A stretch of 60,923 bases of DNA, counting the filler. It is 6 parts of 6 records of this genome, joined end to end, with 100 filler letters (N's around TTAATTAATTAA, not from the genome) between each part and the next. Parts side by side here need not be neighbours in the genome. Positions count along the whole stretch, not along the records: positions 28,082 to 39,562 come from SRR31156797_30382; positions 39,663 to 48,923 come from SRR31156797_30391; 4 more parts are not named here. One strand, given 5' to 3'. Each line of letters begins with the position of its first letter. Within the stretch, counting starts at the first letter, position 1. Made by a program: the position numbers and the translations under genes. Positions 32,370-42,296 of the stretch are shown in pieces. A model generated the notes under the pieces. The model ran no database searches and had not been told where the DNA came from. It was given only the letters and a program-made list of their open reading frames with translations.

Positions 32370-33521
32370 GTGTATAAAATTCTTTTTGTTGATGATGATG
32401 AAGCTATCCATTTGCTGTTTTCAAAAATATCGACCGAAAGACTTCATATTTCCTGCTGTTCTTCCGGAGCTGCTGCTCTTGAATCTTTAAAAACAGATGG
32501 CGCTTTCCATATTATCGTTTCTGATTATCAGATGCCTGAGATGGACGGAGTGGAATTTCTGACCAAAGCCAAAGATGTTTCTCCAGCGTCTGTCCGAATT
32601 CTTCTCAGTGGCAATGCTGATCTTGCAATGGCAATTGATGCTGTAAACGAATGTGGTGTTTTCAGGATATTAACCAAGCCTTGTTCGCCTAAAATATTGA
32701 AGGGGGCCTTGCGGGACGCTTTAGAGTTTTATCGTTTGTCAAATGTTGAGTCGCATATGAGCAGTAAAATGACTCGTGGGGTTATCCGGATGGTCAGTGA
32801 TATTGCTGCCATGCATAATCCCGGGTTAAACAGCCGAACTGCGCGTGTTTTACCGCTGGTAAAGGCTTTAAGCAGAAAGTTGGGGGACCCTGATCCATGG
32901 AGTACTGAAGTAGCTGCTGTGTTGTCGTCCATCGGATTCATTTTTCTGCCTGATCGCTTGCTGGAGATGATTGAGACAGGAGACGTCTTCGGGAGCATTG
33001 ATTACAGTATTTTTATCCAGCATACGCAGTATTCAGCCAAGATATTATCCAGACTTCCTTATTTCGAAGATGTTTGTACAAAACTCTCTTTGCAGGAAGC
33101 TCATTATATGGAGGATGGCAGAGACGGAGGTTTTTCCAGTGACGAAATTCCTATCGGGGCGAGAATTTTGAAGGCTGTATCCGATTTCGATAGACTTAAG
33201 TCCGGAGGGCGGGGTGCCGGAGAAGCTCTCGCCATGATGAATTTACGGGTCAATAGGTATGACCCGAAAGTCGTCAAAGAGCTCAGCAGCATTTTGGGAT
33301 CGGAAGCACAATATCATGTCCGTGAGGTTTATCCATTGGGACTTGCCGAAGGAATGGAGCTGGCCGAAGATGTCTATGGTGTTGTGAAAGGTAAGAAAGT
33401 CAAGTTCTTATCTAAACGGCAGGTTCTTGATTCTAAAATAATAGACTATATCCATAGGAATGCTGAGAATATAATAGATATAACGAAAAAGATTTCCATT
33501 AGAGAAAGAAATGAATTCTGA
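32370..33521 (+). CDS. Response regulator with a degenerate HD-GYP-like output domain
   Basis: Receiver (FVDDD, SDYQMPEMDG, KP). The HD-GYP-like part reads LSSIG instead of LHDIG and lacks HHE/GYP but keeps IPIGARIL. Confidence 0.82.
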   Translation: MYKILFVDDDEAIHLLFSKISTERLHISCCSSGAAALESLKTDGAFHIIVSDYQMPEMDGVEFLTKAKDVSPASVRILLSGNADLAMAIDAVNECGVFRILTKPCSPKILKGALRDALEFYRLSNVESHMSSKMTRGVIRMVSDIAAMHNPGLNSRTARVLPLVKALSRKLGDPDPWSTEVAAVLSSIGFIFLPDRLLEMIETGDVFGSIDYSIFIQHTQYSAKILSRLPYFEDVCTKLSLQEAHYMEDGRDGGFSSDEIPIGARILKAVSDFDRLKSGGRGAGEALAMMNLRVNRYDPKVVKELSSILGSEAQYHVREVYPLGLAEGMELAEDVYGVVKGKKVKFLSKRQVLDSKIIDYIHRNAENIIDITKKISIRERNEF

Positions 33522-33544
33522 CGGTTATCGAGTGGTGCGTTGAT

Positions 33545-34840
33545 ATGGCTAAGCTTAAAAGCGGTGAACATATGATCGATGTAGATCAGTTGAGGCCCGG
33601 AGTTTATATTAAGCTCGTGGGGGTGCCGTGGTATCGACATCCATTTTTGACCAGCAGTTTCCGAATTAAGGATTTCGAGACGATTGAGACTTTGCATTCT
33701 TTGGGAGTTGATAAGGTTATTTGTGTACAGGACAAAAGCTTGGTCACGCCTTTGAAAGTTAAGAAAAAGAGGACGGCTCCACGTCCTGCCAAACTCCAAT
33801 TTGCTTCGGCTCCAGACGCTTTGTTCAAAGAAAAGAAAGAGCGGATGGAAAAGCTAAAGGAGAAGAAAAAGTCAGTTGCCCGTGCGGAGCAGAAGTATTC
33901 TTTATCAGTACGGCAGGTTGAAGATCTCATGTTTTCTATCACCAGAGGGAACATGCAGTTCTTTGAGGAGGCAAATACTTTTTCGAAAACTTTGAGCCGT
34001 TATTTTTTAAGTGATTGTGAAGCCCTTATGCATGTCCTTAATTTGCAGACAGATAAGAACGACACTGTTTACTATCACTCCTTGAACGTTACAGTTCTAT
34101 CTTTAATCTTGGGCAGATCGATAGAGCTGGAAGAGGATGAGATGCGCGTACTTGCGATGGGAGGTCTTTTTCACGATATAGGCAAGGCGAAGATTGAAAA
34201 GAAGATTTTGCATAAAAAGGGAAAGCTTACAAAGTTTGAGGCGGAAGTGTTGCGTAAACATCCTTTTTACGGTGTGGATCTTCTTTCTGGTTGTGACAGC
34301 TATCCTCCAGAGGCAATGGAGATTGTGTATGCTCATCATGAACGTTGCTGCGGCGGAGGATATCCCAGAGGGGTGGAAAGAGGAGAGATAGGAAAGCTGA
34401 CCAAAATTCTGGCCATTGCCGATTTCTACGACTGCCTCATAAACAAGCATGATCCGTCTTTGTCGCTGACCCCATATCAGGCTTTGTCGTATATGTTTTC
34501 TAAAAGGGCCAGTTATTTTGAACCGGATTACTTGTCAGCATTTATCCAATGTATGGGTATCTATCCTCCGGGAACAGTTGTCGTTCTTAATGAAGAGATG
34601 GTCGGGATGGTGATTTCAGTAAATCTTGCAAAGCCTTTGCTGCCAAGTGTAGTAATATATGATCCGGAAATCCCGAAGAAAGAAGCTCTTATTCTTGATT
34701 TGGAAGATGAACTCGAATATTCAATTACCAATTCAATTAATCCGGCTAAGCTTGCGCATGAAGTCTTCGATTACCTCTCGCCGCGTAGCAGGATGATTTA
34801 TTTCGTGGACCCAGAATTTTCAGAGCGAGAAAAGAACTAA
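33545..34840 (+). CDS. HD-GYP cyclic-di-nucleotide phosphodiesterase with DUF3391-like N-terminus
   Basis: IDVDQLRPGVYI...W.RHPF N-terminus; HSLNV, FHDIGK, HP, HHERCCGGGYP and GIYPPG. Confidence 0.9.
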   Translation: MAKLKSGEHMIDVDQLRPGVYIKLVGVPWYRHPFLTSSFRIKDFETIETLHSLGVDKVICVQDKSLVTPLKVKKKRTAPRPAKLQFASAPDALFKEKKERMEKLKEKKKSVARAEQKYSLSVRQVEDLMFSITRGNMQFFEEANTFSKTLSRYFLSDCEALMHVLNLQTDKNDTVYYHSLNVTVLSLILGRSIELEEDEMRVLAMGGLFHDIGKAKIEKKILHKKGKLTKFEAEVLRKHPFYGVDLLSGCDSYPPEAMEIVYAHHERCCGGGYPRGVERGEIGKLTKILAIADFYDCLINKHDPSLSLTPYQALSYMFSKRASYFEPDYLSAFIQCMGIYPPGTVVVLNEEMVGMVISVNLAKPLLPSVVIYDPEIPKKEALILDLEDELEYSITNSINPAKLAHEVFDYLSPRSRMIYFVDPEFSEREKN

Positions 34841-34876
34841 AAATCCCCCTGCTAGCATAACAGGGGGATTTTTTTT
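34839..34876. terminator. Bidirectional terminator
   Basis: AAAAATCCCCCTG/CAGGGGGATTTTT between convergent genes. Confidence 0.88.
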
Positions 34877-35474
34877 ACTGTCTCTTGCGTTGGGTAACGT
34901 CCACTTTTTCCACCCATTTTGATCCACTGGGCGGTTCGTAAGTGGCGAATGATTCAATTAGCAGGTCCGGGGTATCGGCTGTGAGCAGTTTTTCCCGGTG
35001 CATATCTTTTAAAAATCCTTCCTCAACCACTCCGTCCAGAAAACTGAGCAGTTTGTCGTAATAGCCATCAACGTTGAGCAGGCCGCAGGGCTTGGAGTGG
35101 AAGCCGAGCTGGGCCCAGGTGAATATTTCAAATATTTCATCCATGGTTCCGATTCCTCCGGGCATGGCAATAAAGCCGTCGGAAAGTTCGGCCATGAGGG
35201 CTTTGCGTTCGTGCATGGAGTCGGAAACATGCAGTTCTGTAAGCTCGGTGTGGGCGATCTCGATCTTGTAGAGACTTTCCGGGATTACTCCGATGACTTT
35301 GCCGCCAGCTTTCAGCGCGCTTTCAGCAAGAATGCCCATCAGTCCGGTGCGTGAACCTCCGTAAACTGTAGTCAGGCCGCGCTGGGCCAGTTCTCGGCCC
35401 ATGTTGCGGGCCGCTTGTGCGTATTTAGGATCGTTGCCGGGGTTGGCACCGAGGAAGATGCAGATACTTTTCAC
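34875..35474 (-). CDS. LOG family nucleotide phosphoribohydrolase (TIGR00730 type)
   Basis: VYGG..GLMG, MHERKALM, PGGIGTMDE and WAQLG.H.KP. Confidence 0.92.
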   Translation of the reverse strand: MKSICIFLGANPGNDPKYAQAARNMGRELAQRGLTTVYGGSRTGLMGILAESALKAGGKVIGVIPESLYKIEIAHTELTELHVSDSMHERKALMAELSDGFIAMPGGIGTMDEIFEIFTWAQLGFHSKPCGLLNVDGYYDKLLSFLDGVVEEGFLKDMHREKLLTADTPDLLIESFATYEPPSGSKWVEKVDVTQRKRQ

Positions 35475-35475
35475 T

Positions 35476-36330
35476 TCAGGATTCCTTCTTGTTTAGATAA
35501 AATGAGTTATAAGCAAGGGTTAAGAGGACCGCGAATCCGGCCGAGGCAACCCCGAGGGCTGCATTGTAGAAGGGAGGTGCCGCAAGTGCAAGCCTGATCA
35601 GCAGGGTAACCAGTGCGAATCCTGAATTCCTGAACACAGCGTGAAATGCCGGAAGAAAACGTTGGGAAATGAGTACCAGCAGGATGTCGCTGAAAATCAG
35701 GATGGTGTAGAACGTACTGAAAAAGTCAAAACTGGGCAGCCCTTTGGCTGAACAATAGAATACGTATCCGCCCAGTCCCATGAAAAGGCCCAGCAGCAAG
35801 AGGGCGACCAGTTTTTTACTGGCAACGTAACTGAATTTAAAGGCTGGTTTCAAAGTCGGTCCTGATTTTTGGACCCGGTAGTATATGCCCAGTAGCACAA
35901 AGACCACAAAGGCACCGGCCCCATCTGAAAGAATCTGGTAAATGGGAGTCATATCACCGGTGAAGGTGATGGGTTCTGGGAAATTTACCAGTTCCTTGAA
36001 GGAGTTGCGCATGAGGATCAGACAGAGGATTTCCAGCTGTTTGCCCACGGATTTGGAAAAGGAGCAGGGCAGTACAAATATAAAACTGATTACCTCCAGA
36101 ACCAGAACAAGGGTGAAGGCAATGCCTACTGCTGCATAGTGGCTGGTCGGGGTTTTGGCGGCAATTGCTGCAGGTAGTAGCCCCTGCCTGCCCAGTTCAA
36201 TGCCCAGCAGGGCAGCCAGAAAGCAGCCTATCAGGATTCCGGCAACCGCTCTTTCGGTCCGTTCATTCTGCCAGAAAGCATGCAGGGGATCGAATGCGTA
36301 TGTTGCAAGTTCGTATATTGAGTATCTCAT
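35476..36330 (-). CDS. Hypothetical multi-pass membrane protein
   Basis: About 7 hydrophobic segments; overlaps the SpoIIE-type gene stop and ends 1 nt before the LOG start. Confidence 0.75.
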   Translation of the reverse strand: MRYSIYELATYAFDPLHAFWQNERTERAVAGILIGCFLAALLGIELGRQGLLPAAIAAKTPTSHYAAVGIAFTLVLVLEVISFIFVLPCSFSKSVGKQLEILCLILMRNSFKELVNFPEPITFTGDMTPIYQILSDGAGAFVVFVLLGIYYRVQKSGPTLKPAFKFSYVASKKLVALLLLGLFMGLGGYVFYCSAKGLPSFDFFSTFYTILIFSDILLVLISQRFLPAFHAVFRNSGFALVTLLIRLALAAPPFYNAALGVASAGFAVLLTLAYNSFYLNKKES

Positions 36331-38525
36331 AAGAATTTTACCACGATAATAGTACAGTCATCCTCAAGGGGAAGACCTTTTCGGTGCAACTCAACTTCAG
36401 TTAGTAGGGTTTCAGCCATGTCCTGCGATGATTTATGGCAGCTGTCCCGGATTATCTGTTGCATTTTATCTTTACCGAATTGTTTGCCCGCTGGGCTATG
36501 CGCTTCCCAGATGCCGTCCGTGTAAAGCACGAGAATCTGTCCTTGATTCATTTGGCTCAGGTATTCGCGGTAGGGATAGCTTTCATCCACGCCAAGAGCC
36601 AATCCTTCACCCAGAAGCTGATCAAAGGTATCAGTGTCAGGAGAATAGACCATTCCGGGATCATGTCCGGCCCTAATCCAGTTTACAGTTCTTTTTTCCG
36701 CATTACAGATAGCCATGAACATGGTCATGAAGTGTCCGGTCTGGGCGCAATCCTTGGTTATGAGCCGGTTAACTTCCGTTGCCGCTTCCACAAGAGTCTT
36801 GCCGCGTCCGGAAAGGGCCCGCATGTAGGCCCGGGCGCTGGTCATGAGCAGGGCTGCGCTGACACCATGTCCGGAGACATCTCCGATAACAGTGGCGAAT
36901 GTTTTCGGGCCGCAGGTGGCGCAGCCCACAAAGTCGTAGTAATCGCCTCCGGTCTGTTCGGAAAAAGTGCAGCGTGCGCCGATATCAACACCCGCAACAT
37001 CCGGTGGAGCCTTCGGGAAAAGTGACTGCTGGGCTTCATCGGCTAGACTCAGGGCTTGTCTTATTTTGGAATGTTCACGCAGCTGCGGGACCATGTAGTT
37101 AAAATTCTGTGCGAGGTCGCCAAGTTCATCCTTGGAGTGGAAATCCGCCCGGGCATCCCAATCTCCTTCCCCGACTTTGATCATGGCTTCGGAAAGTTTG
37201 CGGATAGGTTTGGACAGCCCTTGGGAAACAAAATAGGCCACTATGGCGATGGATATGATAACCGCAAATGCGATCAGTGATGTCCCCTCGTACTGGTTGG
37301 CTATACTTTCCCGGACATATTGTTCGGCTTCGTCTGCTTCGGCCGTGAATTCATGAACCGGGGTAATGATCAGGATGGATACAGCCGTGTTTACGGGGCT
37401 ATATGTCCACAGAGATGGGATTCCCTTGTCGTTCATGTGTAGAACCCCTGAATTTTTATCAGTGACATCCCGGATCAGTGTTTTGAATTCAGGGTTGTCT
37501 TCAGTCAACCATTCCCGTTCAGGTGGAGCCTGCCAGAAATGTCCGTGCATTGGGCGGAGTTCTTTTTCAACCTGCTCATCACCGATTTTACCAAGCACTA
37601 GCAATGAGTTTTGGTGTGTTTCATCGCGATGGAGGGTTGTGACCAGCATTACTTTTGCTTTTTGCGTGTCGGTTGAAACAAGTGCTTTGTTCAGGCTTTC
37701 CCCGATTGGGATTACCAGTGAAGCGACGCCGATAAATTGACCGTCATTGCCGTAAAGTGGAGCTGTTAACCTGTTGCATAGGGTTTTGGTTGCAGCATCC
37801 GGGGATGGCAGGGTCCAGCTTACTTCTCCCTCTTCTCTGGCCTCCTTGTACCAAGCGTGATTTCTGGGATCATATTTGCGTGGGAAGGAGTTGTGGCCCG
37901 GATAGCTGGCAACTAGCCCGTTTTCAAGAATAATTTCTTGCCAGAGCACTAGGCTTTGTAAAGCTGAAGCGCATGATTTAAAATCGTCCAGCAGGGGGGC
38001 AATTCTGTTGATGTCAGCTCTGGCCTGCTCAGGTGGCATCCCCTCCGCCAGCCAGAAGGATATGTGGTCGAGCGTTATCGGCAGGTCGATAAGGTCTCCG
38101 CGCTGGACGGCAGCCATGGTGTTATGGTTGCCCCTACTATTCATGCCTTTACCCATCAGCGCCCGTCTTTTATAGGCCGGGTTGTTGGTAAGCTCCGGTT
38201 CGCCGAAATTTTTATGCTGAGTTGTTATAAAAGGATTTTTTGTCTGAGGGGGAGTGTCGTTGTCGTTTAGGCGTAGTTCCGCTTCTCCCTGAATGCTTTT
38301 CAAGGTGGATTGATAGAGTCGTCCTTCAATATCAATCATGACCGCAGCCCCTTTGGCCTGATCAGCAAGGTTCTGGGTGGCCCGTTCAAGCAGGGTCACG
38401 CGGGTCTGGGTCTGCAGGTCTGCCCCCAACTCCTTAAGTGAATTCAGTCCGTGGGTTTTGAGCACGAATAAGGGAGTCAGGGAAAAGGTCAGCAGGATGA
38501 TGAGCATTTTCCAGCGGATTTTCAT
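36327..38525 (-). CDS. SpoIIE/RsbU-type PP2C phosphatase with periplasmic Cache-like sensor and HAMP domain
   Basis: YDPR...WY Cache motif, PIRKL...DELGDLA.NFN HAMP, GGDYYD, GDVSGHG, RAGH, YTDG and DDCT. Confidence 0.9.
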   Translation of the reverse strand: MKIRWKMLIILLTFSLTPLFVLKTHGLNSLKELGADLQTQTRVTLLERATQNLADQAKGAAVMIDIEGRLYQSTLKSIQGEAELRLNDNDTPPQTKNPFITTQHKNFGEPELTNNPAYKRRALMGKGMNSRGNHNTMAAVQRGDLIDLPITLDHISFWLAEGMPPEQARADINRIAPLLDDFKSCASALQSLVLWQEIILENGLVASYPGHNSFPRKYDPRNHAWYKEAREEGEVSWTLPSPDAATKTLCNRLTAPLYGNDGQFIGVASLVIPIGESLNKALVSTDTQKAKVMLVTTLHRDETHQNSLLVLGKIGDEQVEKELRPMHGHFWQAPPEREWLTEDNPEFKTLIRDVTDKNSGVLHMNDKGIPSLWTYSPVNTAVSILIITPVHEFTAEADEAEQYVRESIANQYEGTSLIAFAVIISIAIVAYFVSQGLSKPIRKLSEAMIKVGEGDWDARADFHSKDELGDLAQNFNYMVPQLREHSKIRQALSLADEAQQSLFPKAPPDVAGVDIGARCTFSEQTGGDYYDFVGCATCGPKTFATVIGDVSGHGVSAALLMTSARAYMRALSGRGKTLVEAATEVNRLITKDCAQTGHFMTMFMAICNAEKRTVNWIRAGHDPGMVYSPDTDTFDQLLGEGLALGVDESYPYREYLSQMNQGQILVLYTDGIWEAHSPAGKQFGKDKMQQIIRDSCHKSSQDMAETLLTEVELHRKGLPLEDDCTIIVVKFL

Positions 38526-38596
38526 AATAGTATTAGAACCTATCCAAACTTAATATTCAATGATGAAAACGTTTAAAACATTAGCTTATTGTAAAT

Positions 38597-39280
38597 TTAG
38601 TTAAACAGGGCGGTGAGCGCGATAATTACTCCCAAAGAGGGCAGCAGGTTGGCGAGGTTTATCCGTTTGATTTCAAGCAGGGTCAGGCTGATGCCGATGA
38701 TGAGCAGACCACCGCAGGCGGTAAGCTGGTCGATGATCAGCGGGGAGAACCATTCTTGAAACGAACTGGCGAAAATAGTTAATGCTCCCTGATAGATAAT
38801 AACCGGGATGAAGGAAAAGAGCACTCCTATTCCATAAGAGGAAGCAAGGGCAATGGAAGCAAAACCGTCCAGCATTGCTTTGGTGTAGAGGATGGTTGTG
38901 TCCCCTTTGATTCCTTCCTCCAGAGAGCCGATGATGGCCATGGCCCCGATGCAGAAGATCAGGGATGCGGTGATCATGCCGTCAATAAATCCGGTGTCTT
39001 TGGAGCCTACTTTCTTTTTCAGCCATCCGGCTCCGCGTTCAAACATTGTATCCAATTGTAGCAGCTCCCCGATGATTCCCCCGATGATCAGGCTGAATAT
39101 GAGAACAAGTATATCCTGTACTTTCAGGGACATCTGGATGCCGATCAGGATAACGCCGAGCCCCAGTGCCTGAAAAATTATTTCCCTGATGCGTTCAGGA
39201 AATCTGCTGTGCAGGAGAATGCCGATAATGGAACCGCCGATAATTGCAGCACCGTTGACGAGCGAGCCGATTGGAATCAT
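38597..39280 (-). CDS. DUF554 family membrane protein
   Basis: GSLVNGAAIIGG, FCIGAM.I.GS..EG and K..LDG...I.LAS..G.GV.FS. Confidence 0.88.
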   Translation of the reverse strand: MIPIGSLVNGAAIIGGSIIGILLHSRFPERIREIIFQALGLGVILIGIQMSLKVQDILVLIFSLIIGGIIGELLQLDTMFERGAGWLKKKVGSKDTGFIDGMITASLIFCIGAMAIIGSLEEGIKGDTTILYTKAMLDGFASIALASSYGIGVLFSFIPVIIYQGALTIFASSFQEWFSPLIIDQLTACGGLLIIGISLTLLEIKRINLANLLPSLGVIIALTALFN

Positions 39281-39433
39281 GGGAGTCTCTTGTTTAAAAT
39301 TAGTGAAAGGGAGTTAGAAATAGCACTGAGTTATCCGGTTTACAATAGAGTAAAGTATGAACCTGACATGGATTGGCATTGCCTTGAATAATGTAATCTG
39401 AGACGCAGATAATTTATATATTGCTAAATGCTC

Positions 39434-39462
39434 TTGACAGCCTTAACCTCATCTAATATTAA
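39434..39462 (+). promoter_or_regulatory. Probable sigma-70 promoter of the tRNA
   Basis: TTGACA at 39434 with AT-rich TATTAA 17 nt downstream, 15 nt before the tRNA. Confidence 0.5.
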
Positions 39463-39477
39463 CAATCCCTCACGCAT

Positions 39478-39562
39478 GCCGGGATGGCGGAATTGGTAGA
39501 CGCAGCGGACTCAAAATCCGCCGGTAGCAATGCCTTGCGAGTTCGAGTCTCGCTCCCGGTAC
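39478..39562 (+). tRNA. tRNA-Leu (anticodon CAA), 3' CCA cut by the contig end
   Basis: Acceptor GCCGGGA/TCCCGGT, D-arm GCGGAATTGGTAGACGC, anticodon arm GCGGA-CT-CAA-AA-TCCGC, long variable arm and T-arm GCGAG-TTCGAGT-CTCGC. Confidence 0.97.
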
Positions 39563-39662
39563 NNNNNNNNNNNNNNNNNNNNNNNNNNNNNNNNNNNNNN
39601 NNNNNNTTAATTAATTAANNNNNNNNNNNNNNNNNNNNNNNNNNNNNNNNNNNNNNNNNNNN
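39563..39662. other. Artificial contig spacer
   Basis: N44-TTAATTAATTAA-N44. Confidence 0.98.
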
Positions 39663-39664
39663 TG

Positions 39665-40930
39665 AATCTGGTAGCCGCTTTCTTTCTCAGAAACTCACGC
39701 TATCTCATGTTCATCTCGTCGGGCTCATTTGTCGCCTATCTCGCCTATATAGCGAGAATCTTGCTGGAAGGTATTGCGGCGGTTGAGGGAAAGATCCAGA
39801 GCGAGCAGATCATTATGGTCTCCATCGTCTACCTGGTCGGTCTTGTGCTGATCGTTTCGGAGAAGCGGCTTTTCAACGCCATCACCGCCGACGCCCTCAA
39901 GAGGTTTGAAGAGAGCGAGGTTCACAGCCAGAGGATGATCGAGCTCGTCAGCTCCGTCTCCGAGCAGATCGACAAGACCGAGGTCCTCAGGGAGGCGGCC
40001 GACGAAACGGGCATGGCCGTCGACCTTATAGACAACAGGGCCGGGAACATCCTGGAGGCCCTGGTCAACCTGAAAGAGGGGTTCGCCAGTACCAGCGGCG
40101 CTCTGAACGCCATCGGAAGCAGCCTTGAGGTGCTGAAGAACAACGCTAACAACCAGTCCGCCAACGTGACCCAGTCCAGCGCGGCCATCGAAGAGATGGT
40201 CGCCTCCATCAAATCTCTCTCCCAGAATGTGCGCAGCAGGAAGGAGAGCGTGGAAACGCTGATCGAAACCTCCCGGGGCGGGGAACGGGTCATGCAGGAA
40301 ACCGAGAGCGCCTTCAAGGCGGTCCTCGATCAGATCGGCAGCATCAGGGATATGACCAGTCTGATCAGCGGCATAGCCGCCCGTACGAATCTTCTGGCCA
40401 TGAACGCGGCTATCGAGGCGGCCCATGCGGGCGATGCGGGCCGGGGATTCGCGGTCGTTGCCGATGAGATCCGGAAGCTGGCGGAGAACAGCGCTTTCAA
40501 CACCAAGCAGATTTCAGAGAATCTAAACGTCATGATCGCGTCCATCGAAAAAACGGGAAGCCAGGTGAGGATGTCGGGGGACTCGTTCCGGGACATCCGG
40601 CAGGAGGTCGATCAGGTGGCCCGGGTCATGGAGGATATCCATACGGGAATGGACGAGCTCAACACGGGAAGCGAGGAGATCCTCAAGACCACGAGCAGCC
40701 TGAACGAACTGACCGTCAGCGTAATGGACAGCGTTCTGGACGTGGATGGAGACAAGAAGACCATTGACAGCAATCTCGAACGGAACTCCCAACTCTCGGG
40801 CAGGCTGGAACAGGTGGCCCAGGAGATTCAGAAGGACGCGGTAGAGATAAGAAAAACCAATGACCGGGTTCTGGATACGGCCGGTACCCTGTCCGACCAG
40901 TCCGCCGAGCTGAAGAGGGAGATCGTCTGA
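39665..40930 (+). CDS. Methyl-accepting chemotaxis protein, 5'-truncated
   Basis: [34 protein letters not shown] (the 'AAHAG' variant is common in spirochaetes); frame open from the contig edge. Confidence 0.93.
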   Translation, partial: NLVAAFFLRNSRYLMFISSGSFVAYLAYIARILLEGIAAVEGKIQSEQIIMVSIVYLVGLVLIVSEKRLFNAITADALKRFEESEVHSQRMIELVSSVSEQIDKTEVLREAADETGMAVDLIDNRAGNILEALVNLKEGFASTSGALNAIGSSLEVLKNNANNQSANVTQSSAAIEEMVASIKSLSQNVRSRKESVETLIETSRGGERVMQETESAFKAVLDQIGSIRDMTSLISGIAARTNLLAMNAAIEAAHAGDAGRGFAVVADEIRKLAENSAFNTKQISENLNVMIASIEKTGSQVRMSGDSFRDIRQEVDQVARVMEDIHTGMDELNTGSEEILKTTSSLNELTVSVMDSVLDVDGDKKTIDSNLERNSQLSGRLEQVAQEIQKDAVEIRKTNDRVLDTAGTLSDQSAELKREIV

Positions 40931-40996
40931 CCCACCCGAAGCCCGGCGATGCCGGGATGCGCCGGAAGGGGCGCTCCGCGGCGGTCCGGCCGGGGA

Positions 40997-41611
40997 TCAG
41001 GGATTGTGGACGAAGCGCTCGCTGTTCCCCAGCATGAGGGATTCGATGGCGTGCTTTCTGCCGAGCCCCCTGAAGTCGACCTTCCATATCTCTCCGTTGT
41101 TGGGGAATCCCTCCGGATAGAGGGGAAGGCTGTCTTCGAGAACGGCCCTGATCAGACGGAAGGTCACCGCATGGGTCACTATCAGGATCCGTTCGTCCGA
41201 GTCCGGATCCAAATCCGAAAAGAAGGATTTCACCCTCTCCGCTATCATACGATAGGACTCGCCGCCTTCCGCGGGCACCCAGTCCCAGCGTTTGGAGGTC
41301 TCCGTTTCGTACTGTCTCTCTTCCTTGACCTGATCGTAGGTCATGCCGGAGTAGCGGCCGAGCTCCTGCTCTGAAACCCTTTCATCCAGCTCCAGCTCCA
41401 GACCGAAGCGTCCGGCGAAGGCCTCGGCCGTCTGGACCGCCCGTATCAGGGGAGAGGAGATGATCCTGTCCAGAGACACCAGTTCGGCAAGTTCCCGGGC
41501 GATAAGATCAGCATCGGTCCGGCCCTCGACCGTCAGGGGGAACGGGAGGCGGCTGGCCATGATCCTCTGCCTGTTGGCTTCGCTCTGCGCGTGTCTTATC
41601 AGATACAGCAT
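40997..41611 (-). CDS. Histidine phosphatase (phosphoglycerate mutase-like) family protein
   Basis: LYLIRHAQS, SSPL.RA.QTA, GGES and VTH. Confidence 0.92.
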   Translation of the reverse strand: MLYLIRHAQSEANRQRIMASRLPFPLTVEGRTDADLIARELAELVSLDRIISSPLIRAVQTAEAFAGRFGLELELDERVSEQELGRYSGMTYDQVKEERQYETETSKRWDWVPAEGGESYRMIAERVKSFFSDLDPDSDERILIVTHAVTFRLIRAVLEDSLPLYPEGFPNNGEIWKVDFRGLGRKHAIESLMLGNSERFVHNP

Positions 41612-41713
41612 ATTACTTCCTTGTGTCCGATGTAAGCTCCATTTGAGCTTTCGGGATGCTTCTCATAGGGTGCGAAGGGCCTCGCCCGGCGGGGATGCCC
41701 TCTTCTCTATGAG
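41612..41713 (-). ncRNA. Candidate structured 5'-leader RNA, copy 1
   Basis: Two hairpins (CTCATAG/CTATGAG; CCGA-AAGCTC/GAGCTT-TCGG); 65-nt core is homologous to 45895-45959. Confidence 0.6.
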
Positions 41714-41719
41714 GGGATC

Positions 41720-41748
41720 AGTGTAGCGGATTTCCCTTGCTGGGCCAA
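41720..41748 (-). promoter_or_regulatory. Sigma-70 promoter for leader copy 1 and the histidine phosphatase
   Basis: TTGGCC-N17-TACACT on the minus strand. Confidence 0.6.
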
Positions 41749-41924
41749 GAGTATCCCGTTCCCCTGGTAGGGGCCCTGCGGAAAGAGGGGAGAAAGGGAC
41801 AAGAATTCATCCGATCTTTGACAACCGCCCCTGGAACGCAGTAGTATTAAAGCTGGACGGCGATCATTGTCGTCCTAGTTTAAACGAGAGGGTAACCGGG
41901 AACTCCGGATAAGGAAGAACATAA

Positions 41925-42296
41925 ATGAAGATCCTGATAGTCGATGATTCCAAAGCGGCACGCATGCTGGTCAAATCCATCCTGAGCGACTATGACCCGA
42001 CCGTCAGTCTGTTCGAAGCTGCCAACGGCCTTCAGGCCATAGATCGTTATGAAAAGGAGAAGCCCGATCTCGTGTTTCTCGATCTGACCATGCCGGAGAT
42101 GGACGGTTACGAAGCCCTGGAAAAGCTGAAGGATTCGGATCCGGACGCCCACATTATCATACTGACAGCCGATGTGCAGCAGAAGTCCATCGAACGCTGT
42201 CTGGCCCTGGGGGCATGGAAGGTTATGAAGAAGTTGCCTGACAAGGCGACCATCTATTCCATCCTCGACGAGAGAAAAGCGGAACTGACCCGATGA
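41925..42296 (+). CDS. Single-domain response regulator (CheY-like)
   Basis: ILIVDDS, FLDLTMPEMDG, TAD and K. Confidence 0.9.
   Translation: MKILIVDDSKAARMLVKSILSDYDPTVSLFEAANGLQAIDRYEKEKPDLVFLDLTMPEMDGYEALEKLKDSDPDAHIIILTADVQQKSIERCLALGAWKVMKKLPDKATIYSILDERKAELTR

Noticed and set aside
41612-41713. Assigning the leader to purine, SAM-III, c-di-GMP-II, ykkC or preQ1-II riboswitch classes
   Set aside because: Only short fragments match (CTCATA/TATGAG, CCCGAAAG, GGAGCT, GGAYAMAAG); class-defining cores are missing or present in only one copy. A cmscan run is still needed.
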